This document shows positions 19,647 through 27,587 of a stretch of DNA of 61,448 nucleotides, piece by piece. The notes below the pieces were generated by a model. That model had not been told where the DNA came from and searched no databases. It saw only the letters and a list, made by a program, of their open reading frames with translations. The position numbers and the translations under genes are program-made. The stretch lies in the NCBI GenBank assembly GCA_947311515.1, contig CAMZLB010000025.1, positions 1 through 61,448 of the forward strand. The letters run 5' to 3'. The first letter of the stretch is position 1; the number at the start of each line of letters is the position of its first letter. The stretch is from Candidatus Moraniibacteriota bacterium (GTDB lineage Bacteria; Patescibacteriota; Minisyncoccia; Moranbacterales; GCA-2747515).

Positions 19647-21356
19647 ATGTTAGACATTCCTAAAATATCTATGATATTAAAATTAATTTTGATATCAGTT
19701 ATGATATTACTCATTCCAGAATATAAAAATATTTTTCTGGATCCGAATATAGATATAATAATATCTTTACTTGCAATTGTCATAATAATTCTATTGACTA
19801 TTAAATCATTAAAGGATTTCTATAGTATTATTGGACTAGAAACTAACGGTCTCAATTTAGGGATCATTTTTCCCCTGATAGTTCCTATAGAAACTGTGTT
19901 ATTAGTACACTCATTTCAAATAGTAGAGAATACTGATGTGCTATTGGCTATTGATTTGATAACTCTCGTACTTAGCGCTTTTGTAATATTTATGATCGAT
20001 TTTAGAAATTTCTTTCTTTTGGAGGAAAATAAGCAATTAACAATTCTCAAAAAAGGAGAGAAAATATCTATTTCAGGTAACCTTTATTTTGAAAGTCTGC
20101 CTATGCATATCATATACAAATATCGCAAAGGATTTTTATGCAAAGTAATAAATTTAGGAAAAAATGAAAAAGAAAAGATAAAGAAATTTTCCTTGCCTTG
20201 TATAAAAAAAGCTATGCTACTAACTATCGCAACAAAAACAAAGGAAGGTATAGAAAAAAAATATTCAGGCTTATCAGTAATGGATTTTTTCTTGAAAAAC
20301 ACGGAACTTACCAATAGAATTCTATTAAATGGTTCATTTTTCGAATCTCATCAAAGATATCACTTGCTACTTCAGGACAATTTGTATATAGATAGTGTAG
20401 TAAAACTATACGACAAACAACACCTTGATAAAAAAAATGTACCTAAAAGTAGGAAACTTAGTTGGTTTACACCAGAAATAGCTCTGGAGTATAAATTGCC
20501 TGTTTTTACAGACGAACAAGCCGACAATTTAATTTCTAATAATATAGGTACAAGTGAACTAGTAAATAATGGCTTGTTGAACAAGTTTTATGAAAACGGT
20601 TTTCAATTTATATATTTTATAATAGGACCTATGAAAGTTTCGGAAAATAATGAATAGGATGGTAACAGCGCCACCAATCCCGCACCCTCGTCGTCTAATA
20701 ATGGATTTTCAGAGGGACTCAGAAAGATTTTTACATGGATTAAAATGCTAATATTTCTTATCATTGTTTGGGTAATATGGTATTTTTTCAGTGATAATAC
20801 TGATTTCAGTAATAATTTCAGTTCTGATTTTAGTTCTAATTCTACTTCTAGTTCTAGTTCTAACTAGAATCTACCTAGACAACAGATCTTTAAAGACGTA
20901 GTTTTACCATCTCCAGATGGAACAACTATACTAACTATGGAAGCTAACACAACTTATTTTGTGAAAGCTTCTATGGATCGCAGGTACCGACTGGAAGAGC
21001 ACTTTTACCCTAATTTCATTGGACTTTCTTATCCGAATGGAGCGTCTAACGGAATGCCGTCTTCGCTCTACCCAGTAGATAAACGTGTTAAAAAGGGGTT
21101 TGGAGATCTGATAAAGTGGAAAAAACCATATGAGGCTATATACACAGCACTCATATGTACCAACAATGACAATAGTACGGAATTGGAATGTGAAGTCCTA
21201 TCTGACAGAACAATCGCAATCAGAGGAAAAGAAGGGGAAAAGCTAAAGCTATCCATGAATTTTCCAATAGAAAATGGTCTATATAATAGAAACGAATATA
21301 CCAAAAAATACTTAAGGGGTGGCTGGCTGATCACAGTCGAAAGCTCCAAGAATTAA
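19647..21356 (+). pseudogene. Cassette copy 2: one continuous frame broken by two in-frame TAGs (20655-57 and 20865-67); pseudogene or readthrough gene
   Basis: Manual translation: ...SENNE*DGNSATNPAP...IWYFFSDNTDF...SSSSN*NLPRQQIFKDVVLPSPDG...; 36-aa in-frame deletion relative to copy 1. Confidence 0.65.
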
Positions 21357-21359
21357 AAT

Positions 21360-21506
21360 AAGAGTAGATACATCGCTATCTACTCTTTTGATTTTTGCAA
21401 CCTAAAAATTCAAACAAAAAAGATGAGCAGTAACTCATCTTTTTAAATTTAGAGCCAATCTACACAATAATCTTTGCAAGTGATTTGATAATTACTAGTG
21501 ATACAA
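21360..21506. repeat. Duplicate of 23953-24099: two terminators plus the last ~15 codons of the pilin gene 24053-24679
   Basis: CAACCTAAAAATTCAAACAAAAAAGATGAGCA.TAACTCATC...CTACACAATAATCTTTGCAAGTGATTTG is present at both places. Confidence 0.9.
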
Positions 21507-21640
21507 TACTATTTCATCAAAGAAGCCTAATTAAATCTAATTTTCTTATTAAATTTTAAGTTTTCAATAAAAATAATTAGCTCTATTCTTTTCCGTATTT
21601 CACTCTATATCTTAGATTTTAAAATTCAAAACATAAACAC

Positions 21641-21669
21641 TTGACTTATTTAAATTATTATGCTATCAT
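21641..21669 (+). promoter_or_regulatory. Sigma70 promoter, cassette copy 3
   Basis: TTGACT-17nt-TATCAT with TGn extension. Confidence 0.7.
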
Positions 21670-21673
21670 ATTT

Positions 21674-21746
21674 TTAGTTTAGTATTTAGTGATGTATTTA
21701 GAATGTTCTACTTACACACTTATAATTTATTATAAAACTAAACTAA
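21674..21746 (+). ncRNA. Candidate structured 5' leader RNA, copy 3 (diverged sequence, same fold)
   Basis: TTAGTTTAGT/ACTAAACTAA outer stem; GTG.TGTA..TAGAA-tg-TTCTA..TACACAC; TTTATAAT-tt-ATTATAAA. Confidence 0.5.
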
Positions 21747-21779
21747 CTTTCTTTAACAATTGAATAAAAAGGATATAAA

Positions 21780-23069
21780 ATGAAATTTTTAGGAATTTTA
21801 TTAAGTATAGCAGCTCTAATATTTGGACTGCTACTAGGTTCAGAGATGTATGCTACGTCAAGTGATATTAGTATTACAACAATGATACTTGGAGACATTC
21901 TACTTTCTGGTTTCTTAGCAGTAAGCACAGTATCTACTCTCTATTTTACATATAAAATAGTTGAGTTAAGTTATAATGGCTTACTACTTGGAGCACTAAC
22001 TTCGTTATTGCTTACAATAGAAACAATAATCATTGTAAATACACTGTTTCCACTAGGACTGCTATTGAACACTGTGGTGTTCGTGTTGCTAGTAGTGTTT
22101 TTCTTTTTCCATGGATACCTGGAGATACCTAACCTCAATAAAGCGCAAATTTTTTTCATAGAGAAAACGTTACCGAGGGGCGAATTAGTGGATGGGCCTG
22201 CGTGGTTCTTCAACATCCCCTCTTTAATAGAGATTAGACTCTTTTTGATGGATGTTAGAACATTAGAACTCTTCAAGGGAGATCCTCTCTCAATATCCCA
22301 TGGGATGAGCTTCAAAACTTCACCTATAAAAGTGACATATAAGCTCAACAATTTAGAGCAGTATATCAAATTGGGTGCAGAAGCAAGAAAAGATTGGGAA
22401 AATTATTTAGTAGACAGTATCAGAAATGCTGCAATACTAATAATAAGTAGCAAAAGTGAAGAAGAACTAAATGAAGAGTATTCAGGTCTAGCATTACTCC
22501 TCATTATGGACTCATTAAAAATGTTCAAGAGAATTATCTTGAATGGAACTTATTTTGAGTCTCATCTAGAATATCCCATACTGAAAAGAGATGAAATGTA
22601 TGAGAAAAAGATACAGGACACATATGCAAATTTAGATGACTTTACAAAAGAGGAGAGTCAAAAAAACAAAATACATATCTTTTCAGATAAACAATGGACA
22701 ATGTTACTAGATTCCAAAAGTGAGGACAACCTACCCAATAGAGGGGTTTTGCATAAAAGCTCAGATATAGGCTTTACGTTGGTGGATATCACTTTTGGAA
22801 ACTTCACATTAGAGGATTCTCTACAAGCTGAAATCCTCAAGAAAAGAAGTGAAGGCCTCCAAAGAGAAGCAGAATTAGCTGACATAACAACACTGGAAAT
22901 GTTAGCTAAAAAAATAGCGTCTTTAGGAATTCCAATTGACAAGGCTACACAACTAGCCATGTTGCGTATGGATACACCAAACCTAAACTACAAAGTAACT
23001 GAAATTTTATCCACATCGGATAAAGTTGACCAAGTTATAGCAGCACTTATAGAAGGAAAAGGAGAATAA
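21780..23069 (+). CDS. Membrane protein with ~4 N-terminal TMs and an SPFH/band-7-like domain plus coiled coil (intact copy)
   Basis: GYLEIP..Q..F...L..GP.W..P...MDVRT, then GFTLVDITFGNFTL..SLQAEILKKRSEGLQREAE, matching the SPFH layout. Confidence 0.65.
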   Translation: MKFLGILLSIAALIFGLLLGSEMYATSSDISITTMILGDILLSGFLAVSTVSTLYFTYKIVELSYNGLLLGALTSLLLTIETIIIVNTLFPLGLLLNTVVFVLLVVFFFFHGYLEIPNLNKAQIFFIEKTLPRGELVDGPAWFFNIPSLIEIRLFLMDVRTLELFKGDPLSISHGMSFKTSPIKVTYKLNNLEQYIKLGAEARKDWENYLVDSIRNAAILIISSKSEEELNEEYSGLALLLIMDSLKMFKRIILNGTYFESHLEYPILKRDEMYEKKIQDTYANLDDFTKEESQKNKIHIFSDKQWTMLLDSKSEDNLPNRGVLHKSSDIGFTLVDITFGNFTLEDSLQAEILKKRSEGLQREAELADITTLEMLAKKIASLGIPIDKATQLAMLRMDTPNLNYKVTEILSTSDKVDQVIAALIEGKGE

Positions 23070-23070
23070 A

Positions 23071-23949
23071 ATGATTTACTTAATAATGATGTTAATAATC
23101 ATATTTACGAACAAACCAAACTTTGGATTTGATTCTGTGTTTGAGGATCTTGGATTCAAAAAAGAGCTTGAGGAAGCGGAAAAAGCAAAAAAATCCGCAC
23201 CCTTGTGGTCTAGCAATATAACCAAAATAGCATCTGGATTTATAAAGGGATTAGCAAATCTTTTTCTGTGGATTGCAAAAATGCTAATGTACTTTGCTAT
23301 TGCTTGGGGAATATGGTATTTCTTCAGTCATACTGATTTTAGTTCTAACTTTAGTTCTAGTTCTAGTTCTAGTTCTAGTTCTAATTCTAGTTCTAATTCT
23401 AGTTCTAATTCTAGTTCTAATTCTAGTTCTAGTTCTAGTTCTAGTTTTAGCTCTAGTTCTTACCAGAATATACTTAGACAACAGATCTTTAAAGATATAG
23501 TTTTACCATCTCCAGATGGCACAACTATACTAACTATGGAAGCCAACACAACTTACATTGTAAAGGCTTCTATGGACAGAAGATACAGACTGGAAGAGCA
23601 CTTTGACCCTAATTTCATTGGACTACTTTATCCAAATGGAAAATCTAACGGGAGAAAAATTTCCTCATACCCAGCAGATAACTTTATCAAAAAGGGATTT
23701 GGAGATATAAAGTGGAGAAAACCATATGAAGCAGTATACATAGCACTCATATGTGTCGACAATGACGATGGTAAACTGGAATGTGAGGTCCTATCTGACA
23801 GAACAATCGCAGTTAAAGGAAAGAAAGAAGGAAAACTAAAACTATCCCTAAATTTCCCAATAGAGAATGGTATATATGATAGAAACGAATACCCAAAAAA
23901 ATATTTTAGAGGTGGCTGGCTAATCACAGTCGAAAGCTCCAAGAATTAA
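23071..23949 (+). CDS. Membrane-anchored protein with a poly-Ser linker and ~150-aa C-terminal surface domain (intact copy)
   Basis: TM segment ending WYFF, Ser-rich tract, and a domain shared with 18872-19351 and 20868-21356. Confidence 0.8.
   Translation: MIYLIMMLIIIFTNKPNFGFDSVFEDLGFKKELEEAEKAKKSAPLWSSNITKIASGFIKGLANLFLWIAKMLMYFAIAWGIWYFFSHTDFSSNFSSSSSSSSSSNSSSNSSSNSSSNSSSSSSSSFSSSSYQNILRQQIFKDIVLPSPDGTTILTMEANTTYIVKASMDRRYRLEEHFDPNFIGLLYPNGKSNGRKISSYPADNFIKKGFGDIKWRKPYEAVYIALICVDNDDGKLECEVLSDRTIAVKGKKEGKLKLSLNFPIENGIYDRNEYPKKYFRGGWLITVESSKN
23341..23460 (+). repeat. In-frame (AGTTCT/AATTCT)n microsatellite encoding poly-Ser
   Basis: About 20 imperfect hexamer units visible. Confidence 0.92.
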
Positions 23950-24008
23950 AATAAGAGTAGATACATCGCTATCTACTCTTTTGATTTTTGCAACCTAAAA
24001 ATTCAAAC

Positions 24009-24037
24009 AAAAAAGATGAGCACTAACTCATCTTTTT
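24009..24037. terminator. Terminator of the pilin array
   Basis: AAAAAAGATGAG-6nt-CTCATCTTTTT. Confidence 0.8.
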
Positions 24038-24052
24038 AAATTTAGAGCCAAT

Positions 24053-24679
24053 CTACACAATAATCTTTGCAAGTGATTTGATAATTACCAGCGATATAAG
24101 AGCTATAACTATACCTACAACTGCATATTTGATAGTGTTTTTGCCCATTTCTGCACGCTTTTCATCTCCTGTTGAAGTAATATATATAACCCCACCTACA
24201 ACTATCATGAGCACACTAAGACCTCCTATGAAACTCATGAGGGATTTGAGGACATTTAGTACTATTTCAGAAAGCGTTTTTGCAGCTACAGCTTCAGCTG
24301 GTACTATAGCAGGACTAACATTCATTACATCATATATCTCCTTGAGAAATGATGGAGCCGCAAACGCTAGTGAAACTCCTATGATAGCTGCCCATATAGC
24401 TCCCTTTGCCATACTCATACGCTTTTCATCGCCAGAAGATGTGATATATATAATACCGCCTATCACTATAAATACTATAGCTAGCACACCTATCATCATC
24501 TGAATAGTCTTCAAGATATTTGATAGTAATGCCTCTACAGTATCAAAGGCCAATGGATTTTCAAATTTTATTGGAGTTATTACTACTCCTTGTGCCCCAA
24601 CATCTTGTGGCATTATAAATGAAAAGGCTATAGTTAGTACGATTATAACTGGAAGAGATGTTTTGAATAAACTTTTCAT
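24053..24679 (-). CDS. TrbC/VirB2-type pilin with two pilin domains
   Basis: Two GG.IYITS.GDEKR..M.K..I..A..G repeats; signal peptide; FENPL motif. Confidence 0.85.
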   Translation of the reverse strand: MKSLFKTSLPVIIVLTIAFSFIMPQDVGAQGVVITPIKFENPLAFDTVEALLSNILKTIQMMIGVLAIVFIVIGGIIYITSSGDEKRMSMAKGAIWAAIIGVSLAFAAPSFLKEIYDVMNVSPAIVPAEAVAAKTLSEIVLNVLKSLMSFIGGLSVLMIVVGGVIYITSTGDEKRAEMGKNTIKYAVVGIVIALISLVIIKSLAKIIV

Positions 24680-24700
24680 ATTTTTTAATTTTTGAAATTA

Positions 24701-25108
24701 TTATATTGCTCCGAGAGCTCTAGATACTACATAAACTATGACATAAGCAAGAAGTGCCAAGATTAATCCATATATCGCTGTAGTAAATATCCTCTTCGCC
24801 GTGTCAACTCTGCTTTCATCAGATTCAGAAGTTATATACATCAAACCACTTACAATTATCATAAGTGTTGCAAGACCTCCTAGAAATTGCAATATAAAAC
24901 TTATAATCTTTACGATGACTGTTATTATTTTATCATCAGTGGAGATACCCTTTGGACCTTGAGCATGATTTGGATCTGGTAAGCAAACTCCGTCTACCAG
25001 TGCGTATCCAGGTGTACTAGTACAAGTAAAGGCGCTTGTGTATTGAAAATTTCCCCACAGTGTCAATGCAAATACAAACACTAGCATAGATATAAATTTT
25101 ATTTTCAT
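24701..25108 (-). CDS. TrbC/VirB2-type pilin with a Cys pair in the variable N-region
   Basis: SGLMYITSESDESRVDTAK..AIYGL motif. Confidence 0.85.
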   Translation of the reverse strand: MKIKFISMLVFVFALTLWGNFQYTSAFTCTSTPGYALVDGVCLPDPNHAQGPKGISTDDKIITVIVKIISFILQFLGGLATLMIIVSGLMYITSESDESRVDTAKRIFTTAIYGLILALLAYVIVYVVSRALGAI

Positions 25109-25184
25109 ATTTTTTATTTAATTTTTATCCATTATCACTCAGATACTTACTTTAGTATACATCAACATATACATAAAACACAAA

Positions 25185-25580
25185 TTACATACCTACAACT
25201 TTTGATACAATATTTACTATAACCCAAGCAAGCAAAACAATGATAAGTCCATATATTACCTGTATAATCATAGTCTTTGCCATTTCAATACGCTTTTCAT
25301 CTCCACCTGATGTTATATATATAATTCCAGCAACGATAAGATACACAACAGCCAACGCAGCCACGAAGCTTAATATAAATTTCATAACTTTCACTATAAC
25401 ACCACTAACCGTAGGACTTGTTTCCTTTCCAACTTTTGTGACTTTTAATCCATCCTCAAAACTAGGAAAACTTTCTGCATTAGCATGCCCTACAAAAGCA
25501 ATTTCACATCCATCAGTAGAGACTGCAAAAACTCCTATAATCAATAAAAGAAAAAAACCTATTTTCATCAAAGATTTCAT
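25185..25580 (-). CDS. TrbC/VirB2-type pilin
   Basis: AGIIYITSGGDEKRIEMAK motif; ATG 25580 preferred. Confidence 0.85.
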   Translation of the reverse strand: MKSLMKIGFFLLLIIGVFAVSTDGCEIAFVGHANAESFPSFEDGLKVTKVGKETSPTVSGVIVKVMKFILSFVAALAVVYLIVAGIIYITSGGDEKRIEMAKTMIIQVIYGLIIVLLAWVIVNIVSKVVGM

Positions 25581-25607
25581 ATTTTTATTTTTTAACCTTA
25601 TATTTTT

Positions 25608-25960
25608 ATTATACACGCTTTTGTGCAAAATAAAAACTCTAGTCAATAAGTCTAGGGTTTTTAGATATATTTTAAAAGCTATTTCAAATCCTACCTTTTT
25701 GTTGAAATATAATAATTCAACTAAAAGTAAGTATTTTCAAAAAACTATTAATAATATTTAACACTTACTACGGACCTATAACTACATTTGATACGATATT
25801 TACAATTACCCATCCAAGTAATGCAATTATAAGTCCTATGATTGCATATATTATCCATTTCTTTGCTGTTTCTACTTTTCCTTCATCTCCTCCTGATGTT
25901 ATGTACATAATTCCAGCAATAAGTATGACAAGAACAGCCAAAGCAGCTAGAAATGTCAAA
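25608..25960. repeat. ~350-bp direct repeat (spacer plus pilin 3' half); partner at 26186-26540
   Basis: Near-identical sequence including the hairpin AAAAACTCTAG-9nt-CTAG(A/G)GTTTTT. Confidence 0.9.
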
Positions 25961-26151
25961 AAAAATGAAATAACCTGCCGTATAATACTAATCACCGTCC
26001 TTGTTCCTCCTTTATCATTATATTGTGCTACCGCAAGTCCTCCTTTATAATCAGCATTCAAAGATCCAGCTACTGCATACAAAGGATTTATCAAAAAAGC
26101 TATTGCAAGAGCGATAATAGCATTGTTTTTGATTGTATTCATACTATTCAC
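25768..26151 (-). CDS. TrbC/VirB2-type pilin
   Basis: AGIMYITSGGDEGKVETAKKWIIYAIIGL; strong SD (GGAGG). Confidence 0.87.
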   Translation of the reverse strand: MNSMNTIKNNAIIALAIAFLINPLYAVAGSLNADYKGGLAVAQYNDKGGTRTVISIIRQVISFFLTFLAALAVLVILIAGIMYITSGGDEGKVETAKKWIIYAIIGLIIALLGWVIVNIVSNVVIGP

Positions 26152-26345
26152 ACCTCCTCTCTTTTAATTTTTATAACTTGCATTCATTATACACGCTTTT
26201 GTGCAAAATAAAAACTCTAGTCAATAAGTCTAGAGTTTTTAGATATATTTTAAAAGCTATTTCAAATCCTACCTTTTTGTTGAAATATAATAATTTAACT
26301 AAAAGTAAGTATTTTCAAAAAACTATTAATAATATTTAACACTTA

Positions 26346-26732
26346 CTACGGACCACCTATAACTAGAGTTGATACGATATTTACAATTACCCATCCAAGT
26401 AGTGCAATTATAAGTCCTATGATTGCATACATTATCCAATTCTTTGCTGTCTCTACTTTTCCTTCATCTCCTCCTGATGTTATATACATAATTCCAGCAA
26501 CAAGTATGACAAGAACAGCCAAAGCAGCTAGAAATGTCAATAAAAATGTAATAATTTTCAAAATAATTGTAGGAATATCAGTATTTGTATTATCAGTATA
26601 TTTTACTTTATCTCTTCCTGTTTTAAATGTAGCATCTAGACCTGCTTGAGCACTAGCTAAGCTTGGAACTACTAGGATTGTAAACAACAATGCTAGGCTG
26701 GTATTTTTGATTATGTTCATTTTAGCATACAC
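26346..26732 (-). CDS. TrbC/VirB2-type pilin
   Basis: AGIMYITSGGDEGKVETAKNWIMYAIIGL; strong SD (GGAGG). Confidence 0.87.
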   Translation of the reverse strand: MYAKMNIIKNTSLALLFTILVVPSLASAQAGLDATFKTGRDKVKYTDNTNTDIPTIILKIITFLLTFLAALAVLVILVAGIMYITSGGDEGKVETAKNWIMYAIIGLIIALLGWVIVNIVSTLVIGGP

Positions 26733-27238
26733 CTCCTCTCTTTTATTTTTTTAAATCTCATATTTATTGTATATCTTTTTTAAGAAATAGTCAACCACAT
26801 TTTTAATATATAGCAAATATATAACTAATCATATATTAGAATTCACCACGTTATTTGTATTTTTTTTAAGATAAAAATAACAATTAATTATTCTATTATA
26901 TTTCTATATGAGACTTAGCTATATTGTAATAATTTACAAATCTTATTATTTTTTTTATGATTTCTATTTTTAAATTCAGTTTTTTGTACTATATTTTTAA
27001 TAAAGTTCCAATAACTTACTCATTTTATCTGTAAATTCTTTTATGTATTTTTATAAATTTTTATTCAGTACTAGCGCCCCTATATTTTAAAGATAAACTG
27101 TAAATATTAACAAAAAAAATTAATAAACTAAATCTAACATATATTCCCAAAGATCTTTGTTTGTATGGTTTTTGTAAGTTGTCTTTTTCTTAAGATTTGT
27201 AAAGACTCCTTAAACATTATTACCCTTTTATCTTTAAA

Positions 27239-27348
27239 ACCTGTCAAAATCTATTGATTTTTACGAAATTTCCTTATTTTTAGACAGAAATTGCAAAAAT
27301 TAAAGAAGAGTATTAAGATATTTTGACGAAATGAATTATTTCGTAGAC
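27239..27348. repeat. Palindromic dispersed repeat (family 2)
   Basis: CTGTCAAAAT..ATTTTTAGACAG and ACGAAAT-gaatt-ATTTCGT; the 17-mer AAAATCTATTGATTTTT also occurs at 11363-11379. Confidence 0.45.
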
Positions 27349-27587
27349 AAATTACGGAAATTATGATTTTTGGAGCTTTACAGAAACTTCTCACTTATCA
27401 CAACTTCCACTGTATTTTATTGATTAACTCTTTTTCATATTCAAGAACCCTGCACACATAAATCATATTTCACTATACTTCTATAGCTAAGCTAATTTTA
27501 TACCTTTCTCCAATGTAGTACAAAAACCCGATAAAAAACATTCCTTTCAGAATGTTTTTTATTTTGGATACGATTTTATAGAAAAAT

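Noticed and set aside
23284..23500. ORFs 23284-23481 (RT/RI repeats) and 23294-23500 (LV repeats)
   Set aside because: They are alternative-frame readings of the AGTTCT microsatellite.
18872..23949. Diversity-generating retroelement TR/VR pair
   Set aside because: Differences among copies are not adenine-specific, include indels, and no reverse transcriptase is in the window.
25240..26339. Plus-strand ORFs sharing the tail YTLLCKIKTLVNKSRVFRY...
   Set aside because: The shared sequence simply reflects the duplicated spacer; the ORFs are antisense to pilin genes.
17452..26732. Prophage or conjugative element
   Set aside because: No integrase, relaxase, VirB4, terminase or capsid genes are visible.
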